Shown: in pieces, positions 6,768 to 16,122 of the stretch
Layout of the letters: each line of letters begins with the position of its first letter
Position numbering within the stretch: the first letter of the stretch is position 1
Virus record (IMG/VR): IMGVR_UViG_3300016484_000153
Location: 1 to 32,440 of that record
DNA from: a virus
Lineage: Duplodnaviria > Caudoviricetes
Reading direction: 5' to 3' (one strand)
Length of the DNA: 32,440 nucleotides
Notes under the pieces: generated by a model
Seen by the model: only the letters and a program-made list of their open reading frames with translations
Told to the model about the DNA's origin: nothing
Database searches by the model: none
Program-made: the position numbers and the translations under genes

Positions 6768-8037
6768 TGTAGTCCAACAAGCCATTGCCAAAGCAGAGTT
6801 TCCTCAGAAGCTCTCAATCCTTTTTGACAAGGCAAGATACAAAGTTTTATATGGTGGTCGAGGAGGCGCAAAGTCTTGGGGAATAGCCAGGGCTTTGCTC
6901 ATTATTGCTGCACAAAAACCGACAAGAGTTCTATGTGCCAGGGAATTTCAGACTTCCATTAAGGATTCTGTTCATAAGCTGTTAAGCGATCAGATATTTG
7001 CAATGGGGCTTGAGGATTTCTATGAGATCACTCAAAACACCATTCGAGGCAAAAACGGCTCAGAATTTAACTTTGTTGGGCTTAAAAACAATGTTTCCAA
7101 CATTAAATCCTTTGAGGGCGTGGATATTTGTTGGGTGGAGGAAGCCCAAACAACATCCAAATTAAGCTGGAATGTGCTGATTCCTACAATCCGTAAAGAA
7201 GGCTCAGAAATCTGGGTTTCATTCAATCCAGAGCTGGAAACTGATGAAACATTCCAAAGATTTGTGGTTAATCCGCCAGACGGAGCAATAGTCCAAAAGA
7301 TTAACTGGTCAGATAATCCTTGGTTTCCTGAAACTCTTAGGCTGGAAAAAGATGCGCTTTACGCCAGAGATCGTGAAGCCTACAACACAGTTTGGGAAGG
7401 AGTTTGCCGTCAGACTGTTGATGGAGCGATCTTTGCTAAAGAAATGGTGGCTGCCGAAATGGATGGCAGAATTACTAGAGTTCCATATGATCCAATCAAA
7501 CCAGTCCATGCTGTATTTGACCTTGGATGGTCAGATTCAACTGCCATTTGGTTTGTGCAGTTTATTGGCATGGAAACTAGGCTTATTCGATATATTGAGA
7601 ACAGCCAGCAGACAATTAGCTGGTATTTGGCTGAAATGCAGAAGTTTAACTATGTCTATGACACTTTATGGCTTCCCCATGATGCTGCTGCCAAAAATCT
7701 AGGAACTGGCAAATCCATTGAGGAAATTGTCAGGGCCACAGGAATGAATGTCAGAATCTTGCCAAGAGTGCCAGTAACAGATAGCATTAACGCAGCAAGA
7801 ACAATTTTTGCTAAATGTTATTTTGATAGAGAAAATACGCATCAAGGATTACAATGCTTAAGACATTACCGATATGATGTTGATCCAGATACGAAAATGT
7901 TTAGCAAAACCCCTTTGCATGACAATTATTCGCATGGAGCAGACGCATTTAGGTATATTGGCTTAATGATTAATGAACCGAGAAAACCAGTCAAATCCAA
8001 GGCTGTTTACTCTGTTCCTGCTGGCTGGATGGGATAA
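6760..8037 (+). CDS. terL: Terminase large subunit, PBSX family
   Basis: Walker A GGRGGAKS, Walker B WVEEA, SFNP coupling motif, and nuclease motifs FDLG..D and SHGADAFRY. Confidence 0.95.
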   Translation: MSDVVQQAIAKAEFPQKLSILFDKARYKVLYGGRGGAKSWGIARALLIIAAQKPTRVLCAREFQTSIKDSVHKLLSDQIFAMGLEDFYEITQNTIRGKNGSEFNFVGLKNNVSNIKSFEGVDICWVEEAQTTSKLSWNVLIPTIRKEGSEIWVSFNPELETDETFQRFVVNPPDGAIVQKINWSDNPWFPETLRLEKDALYARDREAYNTVWEGVCRQTVDGAIFAKEMVAAEMDGRITRVPYDPIKPVHAVFDLGWSDSTAIWFVQFIGMETRLIRYIENSQQTISWYLAEMQKFNYVYDTLWLPHDAAAKNLGTGKSIEEIVRATGMNVRILPRVPVTDSINAARTIFAKCYFDRENTHQGLQCLRHYRYDVDPDTKMFSKTPLHDNYSHGADAFRYIGLMINEPRKPVKSKAVYSVPAGWMG

Positions 8038-8039
8038 CT

Positions 8040-10148
8040 ATGCCTTATACAACTGAAGAAGCTGAATCAATAATTGATGATGCTAAGAAGTTTTTGCAAT
8101 TTGCGAATCAAGCAGATTCCAATAATCGTTCCGAAGGTCAGGAAGATTTAAAGTTTTCAGCAGGAGATCAATGGCCTGTTGAGATTCAAAACAGTAGAAC
8201 TCTGGAAGCCAGACCTTGCTTAACCATCAATAAAGTTGATGCGTATATTCGCCAAGTAACCAATCAGATTCGCCAGCAAAGACCTAGAATCAAGGTTCAT
8301 GGCATGAATAATGAATCTGATGAGAAGGTCGCAGACATTATCACAGGCATTTGCCGTCATATTGAGGTCAATTCTGATGCAGATCAGGCTTATGACAATG
8401 CCTCTGATTTCCAAGTTCGCATGGGCTGGGGCTATTGGCGCATCGTTACAGACTATGTAAGGGATGATAGCTTTGACCAAGAAATATACATTCGCCAAAT
8501 AGTTAACCCATTCACAGTCTATTTTGATCCTAATTCTGTATTGCCAGACGGCTCAGATCAGGAAAAATGCCTGATTACTGAAATGATTAGCAAGGAGGAG
8601 TTCAGAAAGCTCTATCCAAATGCTGATGAAATGAATTTCACCATGCGTGGAACTGGCGATATTGATTCTGAATGGATTCAAAAAGAAGATATTCGAGTTG
8701 CTGAATATTTCTACATTGATCGCAAACGCACCAAGCTCTGTATGCTTTCCGATGGCAATAGCTTTTATAAGGAAGATTTGCCTAATGAACAGGCAATGCT
8801 AGAGGCTGGAATTACCATTATTGATGAGCGTGAAACAGTTCGCAAAATGGTCAAATGGTGCAAGATGACGGCTTGTGAGATCCTTGAGGAGCGCACATGG
8901 CCTGGCAAATATATTCCAGTTGTGCCTGTTTATGGTCAGCAAGTAGTAGTTGATGGAAAGCGCAAGAAGTTTGGTCTTACTCGCATGGCGAAAGATCCAC
9001 AGCGTATGTTTAACTTCTGGCAAACATCCATTACAGAATCTGTTGCCCTTGCTCCAAAGGCTAAATGGCTATTGGCAGAAGGTCAGGATGAGGGGCATGA
9101 AAGCGAGTGGGCGCAAGCAAACACTAAATCTTTCCCTTATCTCAAATACAAGCAAACTGATATTGATGGTCGTGATGCGCCTGTTCCACAGCGTTTACAG
9201 CCAGAGCCTCCTCCTGCTGGCATTTTGTCGGCTAGTGAGCAGATAAGCCAAGATTTACAGGCTGTTTTAGGCGTTTACGATGCCCAGCAGCAAATGACTG
9301 GCAATCTATCTGGTAAGGCTTTAATGGGTCAGCAGCAGCAAATTGACCTTACCAATTTCCATTATTTTGACAATTTAACTCGCTCTATTCGTATGACAGG
9401 AAAAATCATCCTTGATTTGATTCCTCATATTTACGACACAGAGCGTGTAATGCGTATTATTGGCGAAGATGGCAGACCTGAAATGGTTACGATTAACCAA
9501 AGAACTCCTGTTGGCAAAGTTTTGAACAATGTTACTGTTGGTCAATACGATGTGGTTATGGACACAGGCCCTGGCTACAACTCTAAGCGCCTTGAGGCTG
9601 TTAACTCCATGATGCCTTTAATTCAGGGCAATCAAGAGCTATTTAATGTGGCTGGCGATCTGGTGTTCCGTAACATGGACTTCCCAGGCGCAGACATTAT
9701 TGCGGATCGATTGGCAGCAATTAACCCATTAGCGCAGATTGATGAGAAATCGGACATTCCTCCAGAAATCCAAATGAAGCTGATGCAAGCAGAAAAAGCT
9801 GTTCAAGATATGCAACAACAAATGCAAGCAATGGCTTTGGAACAAAAATACAATCTTCAAGCGGTTCAAATCAAGGAAGATGCCAGCACCAATCGCAAGC
9901 TCATGGATGTTACGGCTAGAGCGCACAATACTGAAACAATGGCTGAAGTTAAGGTCAATGACCAAAATACTCGTGCCGTTACTAGCCAGAATAAGACAGA
10001 AATTGATGCAATTGTTCAGCTCCTGCTGCATAACATGGACACAGCTCGTTTAGAGCGTGAAATTGAGCGCAGGAACTTAGAACAAGCTGGATATGCAACA
10101 ACGGCAGCAATGGATATTGACGATGAGCAAAACCCATTGATGCAATAA
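8040..10148 (+). CDS. P22-like portal protein
   Basis: 702 aa directly after terL, with 'GDQW...RPCLTINK', 'KDPQRMFN' and 'SGKAL', and a Gln-rich C-terminal helical barrel. Confidence 0.92.
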   Translation: MPYTTEEAESIIDDAKKFLQFANQADSNNRSEGQEDLKFSAGDQWPVEIQNSRTLEARPCLTINKVDAYIRQVTNQIRQQRPRIKVHGMNNESDEKVADIITGICRHIEVNSDADQAYDNASDFQVRMGWGYWRIVTDYVRDDSFDQEIYIRQIVNPFTVYFDPNSVLPDGSDQEKCLITEMISKEEFRKLYPNADEMNFTMRGTGDIDSEWIQKEDIRVAEYFYIDRKRTKLCMLSDGNSFYKEDLPNEQAMLEAGITIIDERETVRKMVKWCKMTACEILEERTWPGKYIPVVPVYGQQVVVDGKRKKFGLTRMAKDPQRMFNFWQTSITESVALAPKAKWLLAEGQDEGHESEWAQANTKSFPYLKYKQTDIDGRDAPVPQRLQPEPPPAGILSASEQISQDLQAVLGVYDAQQQMTGNLSGKALMGQQQQIDLTNFHYFDNLTRSIRMTGKIILDLIPHIYDTERVMRIIGEDGRPEMVTINQRTPVGKVLNNVTVGQYDVVMDTGPGYNSKRLEAVNSMMPLIQGNQELFNVAGDLVFRNMDFPGADIIADRLAAINPLAQIDEKSDIPPEIQMKLMQAEKAVQDMQQQMQAMALEQKYNLQAVQIKEDASTNRKLMDVTARAHNTETMAEVKVNDQNTRAVTSQNKTEIDAIVQLLLHNMDTARLEREIERRNLEQAGYATTAAMDIDDEQNPLMQ

Positions 10149-10189
10149 GTTGTTAAATGTGCAAAACAGTATTAATATTGAAGTATCTA

Positions 10190-10205
10190 CCAATGGATTC
10201 ATTGG
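10190..10205 (+). promoter_or_regulatory. Hairpin in the scaffold gene leader
   Basis: Perfect 6-bp stem CCAATG-gatt-CATTGG, about 20 nt before the ATG at 10227. Confidence 0.45.
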
Positions 10206-10226
10206 GTTTATTCTTGGAGCAAGTCC

Positions 10227-11174
10227 ATGTCAGAAGCACAAGCAGTAGAAGCAACACAAGAACAGTCAAGAACTCAAGTATTGACTAGCGAAAATGCAGC
10301 CGAATTTTATGCACAAAAACTAGGTCTAGCTACTGAAGAAGCGCCAACTGAGGCTGCTGTTGAGGAAACTCCAGCAGAGCCAGCCAACGCTGAAGGTGAG
10401 AGTGGATCAGATGATGCTGATAAAGAGGCAACTCCAACAGAAGATCGGAAACCAAATCCGAAACTTGAAAAGCGTTTTTCTGAGTTAACTAAGCGCAGAG
10501 CTGAAGCAGAGGCGAAAGCTGAAGCAGCAGCAAATGAGGCTAGAGAGCTTAAAGAGCGTTTACGGCAATATGAGCAACAATCAGCGCCTGTTCAACAGGA
10601 ATCTGATGGTTTATCAGAAAAGCCACAGCCAAGCCAATTTAATGATGCTTTTGAATATGCAGAGGCATTAAGCGAATGGTCGGCTGAGAAGGCTATTGCA
10701 GACATGAAAAAGGCAGAAGCTGAAGCCAAAATTCAAGCGCAACAGGCAGAGCAAATGAAAGCCTGGAGCAAGCGAATTGAGGAAGTTAAGGCTGAATTGC
10801 CTGATTTTGATGATATGGTTCAATCCAGCGAAGTTATCGTAAGTGATGAGATTAAGGCTGCGCTTTATGAGAGCGATGTAGGCCCTAAGATCATGTATCA
10901 CTTAGCCGAAAACCCAGAGCTGGCTGAAAAATTAAATCAAATGTCAGCTATTAGTGCTTTGAGAGAGTTTGGGAAATTGGAGGCAAAGTTTGAGGCGAAA
11001 GCTGAATCTAAGCCTGAAGGGAAGCCTGTTGTAGCGAAGTCTAAAGCTCCTGCACCTATTTCTCCACTAAAAACGAATGGCTCGGCAGCAGACACTCCAA
11101 TAGATTCCAATGGTGAATTTCATGGAACTTATGTTCAATGGAAAGCCTATCGTTTAGGTAAGAAAATTAGGTAA
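10227..11174 (+). CDS. Capsid scaffolding protein
   Basis: Acidic, Ala/Glu-rich coiled coil between portal and coat, with 'GPKIMYHLAENPE', 'SKAPAPI.P' and a basic C-terminus. Confidence 0.85.
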   Translation: MSEAQAVEATQEQSRTQVLTSENAAEFYAQKLGLATEEAPTEAAVEETPAEPANAEGESGSDDADKEATPTEDRKPNPKLEKRFSELTKRRAEAEAKAEAAANEARELKERLRQYEQQSAPVQQESDGLSEKPQPSQFNDAFEYAEALSEWSAEKAIADMKKAEAEAKIQAQQAEQMKAWSKRIEEVKAELPDFDDMVQSSEVIVSDEIKAALYESDVGPKIMYHLAENPELAEKLNQMSAISALREFGKLEAKFEAKAESKPEGKPVVAKSKAPAPISPLKTNGSAADTPIDSNGEFHGTYVQWKAYRLGKKIR

Positions 11175-11210
11175 GGAAAACCCTAATATTCTCTAAAAAG
11201 GAAATGAGAA

Positions 11211-12449
11211 ATGAGTAATACTCTATTAACCATCTCCAAGATCACCAACGAAGCGTTGATGGTTTTGGAAAACGAACTTACATTTACTTCTGAAGTAGAT
11301 CGTAACTATGATGACCAGTTCGCAGTAGTTGGCGCAAAAATCGGTAACACAGTCAATGTCCGCAGACCAGGCCGTTTCATTGGAACAACTGGCCCAGCAT
11401 TGAATGTTGAAGATTTCAACGAAACTTCTGTTCCTGTAACTCTCTCTACCCAGTTCCATGTGGATACACAATTCACAACTCAGGACTTGGCATTGAGCTT
11501 GGATATGTTCTCTGATCGTGTATTGAAACCAGCCGTTGCAGCTATCGCCAACAAAATTGATCGTGATGGTCTAGTTATGGCTACTGCTAACACAGCAAAT
11601 ATCGTTGGTGAAGCAGGAACTCCTCCTACTGATCTGATTACTTATTTGACTGGTCAGGCTTATCTTGATGCCGAAGGCGCTCCTCGTGATGGTCGCAGAA
11701 GCTGTATCGTTGAGCCATTCACATCAGCAACTATCGTTAACAGCTTGAAAGGCTTGTTCAACCCACAAACAGCAATTAGTGAGCAATACACTAAGGGCTT
11801 AATGGGTCGTGATTCTGGTGGTATGAACTGGAAAATGGATCAAAACATTGTTTCCTACACATTCGGTTCTTATGCTGGCGTTACATTGGCAACCAACACT
11901 TCAACAGCAACTGGTTATTTGACTTCTGGCTGGGCTTCTAGCTCTACCATCAGCATCACTCCTTCAGGTGGCACAGCTAATCTGAATGCTGGCGATGTGA
12001 TTCAAATCGCTGGTGTTTATGCAGTTAACCCACAAAATCGTCAAGCCTATGGCTCTAACAAGTTGCGTAACTTTGTTGTTAAGCAAGCTGTTTCAGGCTC
12101 TGGTGCATTGTCAGTTGTGGTTTCTCCTGCTGTTATTACTGCTGGTCAGTTCCAGAATGTAAGCATTCCTTCTCCTGGCGCTGCTGCTGTAACTCCTTTC
12201 AACAAGACTGGCGCAGTATCTCCACAAAACATCATCATGCATCGCAATGCTTTCACATTGGCTGCTGCTGATTTGGAGTTGCCAGAAGGCGTTCATTTTG
12301 CTGGTCGTGCAAGCGACAAGGAAATCGGTCTTTCAATGCGTGTAGTTCGTCAATACACCATTAACAACGATTCGATCCCAACTCGTTTGGATGTTCTATA
12401 CGGATGGGCCCCACTCTACCCAGAGTTGGCTTGCCGAGTAGCAGCTTAA
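11211..12449 (+). CDS. Major capsid protein, P22 gp5 (coat) family
   Basis: 'MSNTLLT...IT.EAL..LEN.L', 'KIG.TV.VR.P' and 'RLDVLYGW...PE.A', with highly-expressed codon bias. Confidence 0.95.
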   Translation: MSNTLLTISKITNEALMVLENELTFTSEVDRNYDDQFAVVGAKIGNTVNVRRPGRFIGTTGPALNVEDFNETSVPVTLSTQFHVDTQFTTQDLALSLDMFSDRVLKPAVAAIANKIDRDGLVMATANTANIVGEAGTPPTDLITYLTGQAYLDAEGAPRDGRRSCIVEPFTSATIVNSLKGLFNPQTAISEQYTKGLMGRDSGGMNWKMDQNIVSYTFGSYAGVTLATNTSTATGYLTSGWASSSTISITPSGGTANLNAGDVIQIAGVYAVNPQNRQAYGSNKLRNFVVKQAVSGSGALSVVVSPAVITAGQFQNVSIPSPGAAAVTPFNKTGAVSPQNIIMHRNAFTLAAADLELPEGVHFAGRASDKEIGLSMRVVRQYTINNDSIPTRLDVLYGWAPLYPELACRVAA

Positions 12450-12475
12450 TTTAACGGATAAGAAAGGAAACTATT

Positions 12476-12712
12476 ATGTCTAATCCAGGCCCAGCATCAA
12501 CAGTATCACTACATTACCTATTCAATGGTGATTCAACCGATGGCGTTCAAATCGTTGGATCTGCAACCAATAAATTAGGTTTTTATGGTGCAACTCCTGT
12601 TGTTCAAGCAAGCGCAATTACAACTTTAGCAACCAACGCAGATAGCACAGCAATCTCTGTTGCAGTTAACAAAGTAATCGTTGCATTGCAAAACTTAGGC
12701 TTAACAGCTTAA
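12476..12712 (+). CDS. Small virion protein (possible head decoration/fibre)
   Basis: 'KLGFYGATPVVQ...ALQNLGL'. It lies between the coat gene and the terminator. Confidence 0.6.
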   Translation: MSNPGPASTVSLHYLFNGDSTDGVQIVGSATNKLGFYGATPVVQASAITTLATNADSTAISVAVNKVIVALQNLGLTA

Positions 12713-12727
12713 TTTTGATGTAGTAAC

Positions 12728-12764
12728 AAAGCCCTTCCCCAAAAAGGAGGGGCTTTTTCTTTTT
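12728..12764 (+). terminator. Rho-independent terminator after the capsid genes
   Basis: 11-bp stem AAAGCCCTTCC / GGAGGGGCTTT followed by TTCTTTTT. Confidence 0.88.
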
Positions 12765-12777
12765 GTGAAGGAAAAAG

Positions 12778-13437
12778 ATGCACATAACTATTGCCGTTCC
12801 AGCATATACAGGAACAATTCACATGGGGACAATGAGATCCCTAATTCAAGATTTAGTGCTTTTAGTATCAAGAGGCGATACTTTTACACTTATTGATGAG
12901 ATTGGAAGTGCTTATATTGCCGATTGTCGAGGCGCAATTGCAACCAATTTTTATAAAACTGAATCAGATTGCCTTGTTTTTGTTGATGCCGATGTTTCAT
13001 GGGAAAAAGGCGCTCTTTTAAAGCTAGTAGATCATCCTGTTGATTTAGTAGGTGGAATCTATCCATTTAGAGTTGATGAGCTTAATTTTCCTATTAAATA
13101 TTTGGATAAACCTGAACTTTGGGCAGATCCTGAAACTGGGCTTTTGGAAGTAGAAGGCATTCCCACAGGATTTATGAAAATTAGTCGCAATTGCATAGCA
13201 AAAATGATTGAAGCCTATCCAAATCAATATTTCCATGATGGGGCTAAAGACCATCTTTTTTATGATTTATTTGGTCATTACATTGAGCCAGGAAAAAAAT
13301 ATGGCGAAGATTATTCTTTTTGCATAAGATGGCGAAAAATAGGTGGAAAAGTTTGGTGCGATCCTGAAATAAAAATGGGTCATACTGGCAATAAAACTTT
13401 TGTTGGTCATTTAGGCGATTGGCTTAGAAATCGCTAA
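12778..13437 (+). CDS. GT-A fold (GT2-like) glycosyltransferase
   Basis: N-terminal 'ITIAVPAY', DxD motif (FVDAD), 'TGFMKISR', and 'GEDYSFC.RWR..GG.VW.D....GH.G'. Confidence 0.82.
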   Translation: MHITIAVPAYTGTIHMGTMRSLIQDLVLLVSRGDTFTLIDEIGSAYIADCRGAIATNFYKTESDCLVFVDADVSWEKGALLKLVDHPVDLVGGIYPFRVDELNFPIKYLDKPELWADPETGLLEVEGIPTGFMKISRNCIAKMIEAYPNQYFHDGAKDHLFYDLFGHYIEPGKKYGEDYSFCIRWRKIGGKVWCDPEIKMGHTGNKTFVGHLGDWLRNR

Positions 13438-13471
13438 AAATTTTCTATTTATTTGTGTAAAATTAGCTCAT

Positions 13472-13494
13472 AATATGGAAAGTCCATATTTTTT
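13472..13494 (+). terminator. AU-rich hairpin with T-tract after the glycosyltransferase, weak terminator candidate
   Basis: AATATGGA-aag-TCCATATT-TTTT. Confidence 0.35.
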
Positions 13495-13508
13495 AAAGGA
13501 TCACAACT

Positions 13509-13856
13509 ATGTCTAATACAGTTGTTATACGGCCTCTAGGTCAAACCTATGCTCTCTCGGTTACAGCTTCTGCAACTTCCTCTTTGCAAATTGCAAACCC
13601 ATCTAACGATCAAATCAACTATGCCTCGTTTATCAATACTGGAGCTGCTGCTGTTGCAGTAGAAATTTCCAGCCTTGATACAGCTCCTGCTGCTACATTA
13701 CCAGTTGCAGGAACTCCTGGCAGTTTTGTTTTGCCTCCTTTGATGACTTTGCCTATTGTTTTGGCAGTTCCTAACACTCCATTTACATTGACTGCCATTG
13801 GTTCTGCTGCTGGCCCTAGTCTTTTATATGTAACTGTTGTTGGCACTCAAAACTAA
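13509..13856 (+). CDS. Hypothetical beta-rich virion protein
   Basis: AAGGA SD, Ala/Thr/Val-rich, in the structural module. Confidence 0.65.
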   Translation: MSNTVVIRPLGQTYALSVTASATSSLQIANPSNDQINYASFINTGAAAVAVEISSLDTAPAATLPVAGTPGSFVLPPLMTLPIVLAVPNTPFTLTAIGSAAGPSLLYVTVVGTQN

Positions 13857-13881
13857 TTAGGGTTTACCCTGAAGGAATAAA

Positions 13882-16122
13882 ATGGCTAATCCATCCGATT
13901 CGTCAGTTCAAAATTTATTGCCTGTTCAGGCGTATTTTGATGTTGATGGTAATTTTCAGACTTTTATAGGGCAAGGACAGCCCTTTTATGCAATTCCTGA
14001 TCCTGAACAATCAGGTTTGCATATCACCAATAGCACCATAGACAGTAGCCCAATTGGGGCTACAACTCCTTCTACTGGTGCTTTTACTTCAGCAAGCGTA
14101 TTAATTGCTCCTGTATCACCAACTGATGTAGCGAACAAGCAATATGTTGATTACTATGCTGCTGGATTAAGCTGGAAAGAGCCTTGTTTAGTTGCCTCAA
14201 CAGCCAATATTTCAACACTTTCAGGGCTTTTAACAGTAGATACTGTTACTTTAGCTGCTGGAGATCGAGTTCTTGTTAAAAACCAAACTAATGCTGCCGA
14301 TAATGGTATTTACACAGCAGCAGCAGGAGCATGGTCAAGAGCTGTTGGCGCTGATGATTGGAATGAATATTTAGGCGCTATTACATTCATTATTGAAGGA
14401 AGCCAAGGTGGATCTGCATGGTATTGCACAGCGCAGCCAGGCGGAACATTAGGCACAACAGCAATTAACTGGGCAAACTTTAGCGTATCTTCTACTTATA
14501 CAGCAGGAACTGGTTTAACTTTAGCTGGAACTCAATTTAGCATTACAAATACTGGCGTTACTGCTGCAACCTATGGATCTTCAAGCAAAGCCGTTATTTT
14601 GGCTGTAAATGCTCAAGGTCAAATTACTAGCGCAAGTGATGGCGATATTTCTATTGCTGGATCACAAATTACTAGCGGAACAGTTGGAACTAGCTATTTA
14701 AGTGGTAGCTACTCTGGGATTACAGGAGTTGGCACTTTAGGTGGTTTAACTGTAACTAATCCTATTGTTGGCTCAATTACTGGAAATGCTGCAACTGCCA
14801 CAACTGCTGGAAGTGCAACAACAGCAACAACAGCTACTAATTTGGCTGGCGGAGCAGCAGGATCACTTCCTTATCAATCTGCTGCTGGAGTTACTGCTCT
14901 TTTAGCTGCTGGAACAAATGGTCAAGTTTTAACTTTGGCTTCAGGAGTTCCATCTTGGGCAACTCCTACAACTGGAACAGTAACTTCTGTAAGTGGAGCT
15001 GGAACTGTAAATGGTTTAACTCTTACTGGAACAGTTACTTCTAGCGGAAGCCTTACATTAGGCGGAACTTTAGATTTATCCTCCCCTCCTGCAATTGGCG
15101 GAACTGCTGCAAACACAATTAATGGCACAACAATTACTGGCTCAACGGCAGTAAAAAGTCCTTATTTTGATGCAACTTCCTCTGCTGGCGGTGCATTGCG
15201 TAATGCAAGCGGAACAAATCAAATCCAATGGGGATCTGGCGGTGGAAACAATGTAACTATTGATGTATCTGCTAATTTAAACGGCACAAATGCACAAATT
15301 GACATTAGCCCTACTGGAACTGGTCATGTGCATATTAATCCATCAGGATCAGGAAGTGTTCAAATAGCTCCAACTTCTGCTGGAACAATGGACAATTTAG
15401 TTATTGGCGGAACAACGCCTTTAGCTGGCACATTTACTAATTTAAGAGTAAATGGAACTATTTCATTGGCTGGAAGCACAGGCACAAGCGGTTATGCCCT
15501 TATTTCTAATGGCGCATCAGCTCCAACATGGCAAGCTATTTTTTCTGGTTTAACTGTAACTGATGATACAAGCACAAATGCAACTCGTTATTTAACATTT
15601 ACAAGTGCAACAAGTGGATCTATTACTGGAATTAATACTGGTTCAACAAAAATCAGCATTAATCCTTCTACTGGTTTGTTATCTGGAATTGCATTAACTT
15701 TAGCTGGAACTGCAAGCGCAGCAGCATTTAAAACGCCAAATATTAAAGAAGTTGCAACTGTTTCGGCTACTGCTGCAACAGGAACAATTAATTATGACAT
15801 TACAACTCAATCGGTTTTGTATTACACAACTAATGCAAGCGGTAATTTCACAGTTAATTTTAGAGGATCAAGCGGAACTTCATTGGATACTGTAATGGCA
15901 ACTGGCGAATCAATGTCAGCAACATTTATGGCAACAAATGGATCTACTGCTTATTACAATTCTGCTGTAACTATTGATGGAAATGCTATTACTCCAAAAT
16001 GGCAGGGGGGTTCTGCACCAAGTAGCGGAAATGCTAGCGCAATTGATATTTATAACTATGTAATTATCAAAACTGGTTCAGCTACATTTACTGTTTTAGC
16101 TTCTCAATCCAAGTTTGCATAA
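13882..16122 (+). CDS. Long tail fibre / fibre-like structural protein
   Basis: 746 aa, Thr/Gly/Ser-rich, with fibre motifs 'DVANKQYVD', 'GDRVLVKNQT..ADNGIY', 'VNAQGQIT' and 'GTNGQVLT..SG.PSW'. Confidence 0.8.
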   Translation: MANPSDSSVQNLLPVQAYFDVDGNFQTFIGQGQPFYAIPDPEQSGLHITNSTIDSSPIGATTPSTGAFTSASVLIAPVSPTDVANKQYVDYYAAGLSWKEPCLVASTANISTLSGLLTVDTVTLAAGDRVLVKNQTNAADNGIYTAAAGAWSRAVGADDWNEYLGAITFIIEGSQGGSAWYCTAQPGGTLGTTAINWANFSVSSTYTAGTGLTLAGTQFSITNTGVTAATYGSSSKAVILAVNAQGQITSASDGDISIAGSQITSGTVGTSYLSGSYSGITGVGTLGGLTVTNPIVGSITGNAATATTAGSATTATTATNLAGGAAGSLPYQSAAGVTALLAAGTNGQVLTLASGVPSWATPTTGTVTSVSGAGTVNGLTLTGTVTSSGSLTLGGTLDLSSPPAIGGTAANTINGTTITGSTAVKSPYFDATSSAGGALRNASGTNQIQWGSGGGNNVTIDVSANLNGTNAQIDISPTGTGHVHINPSGSGSVQIAPTSAGTMDNLVIGGTTPLAGTFTNLRVNGTISLAGSTGTSGYALISNGASAPTWQAIFSGLTVTDDTSTNATRYLTFTSATSGSITGINTGSTKISINPSTGLLSGIALTLAGTASAAAFKTPNIKEVATVSATAATGTINYDITTQSVLYYTTNASGNFTVNFRGSSGTSLDTVMATGESMSATFMATNGSTAYYNSAVTIDGNAITPKWQGGSAPSSGNASAIDIYNYVIIKTGSATFTVLASQSKFA

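Noticed and set aside
6629-13846. Numerous antisense and off-frame ORFs within terminase, portal, scaffold, coat and neighbouring genes
   Set aside because: They are short, fully overlap strongly supported genes, and show no motifs.
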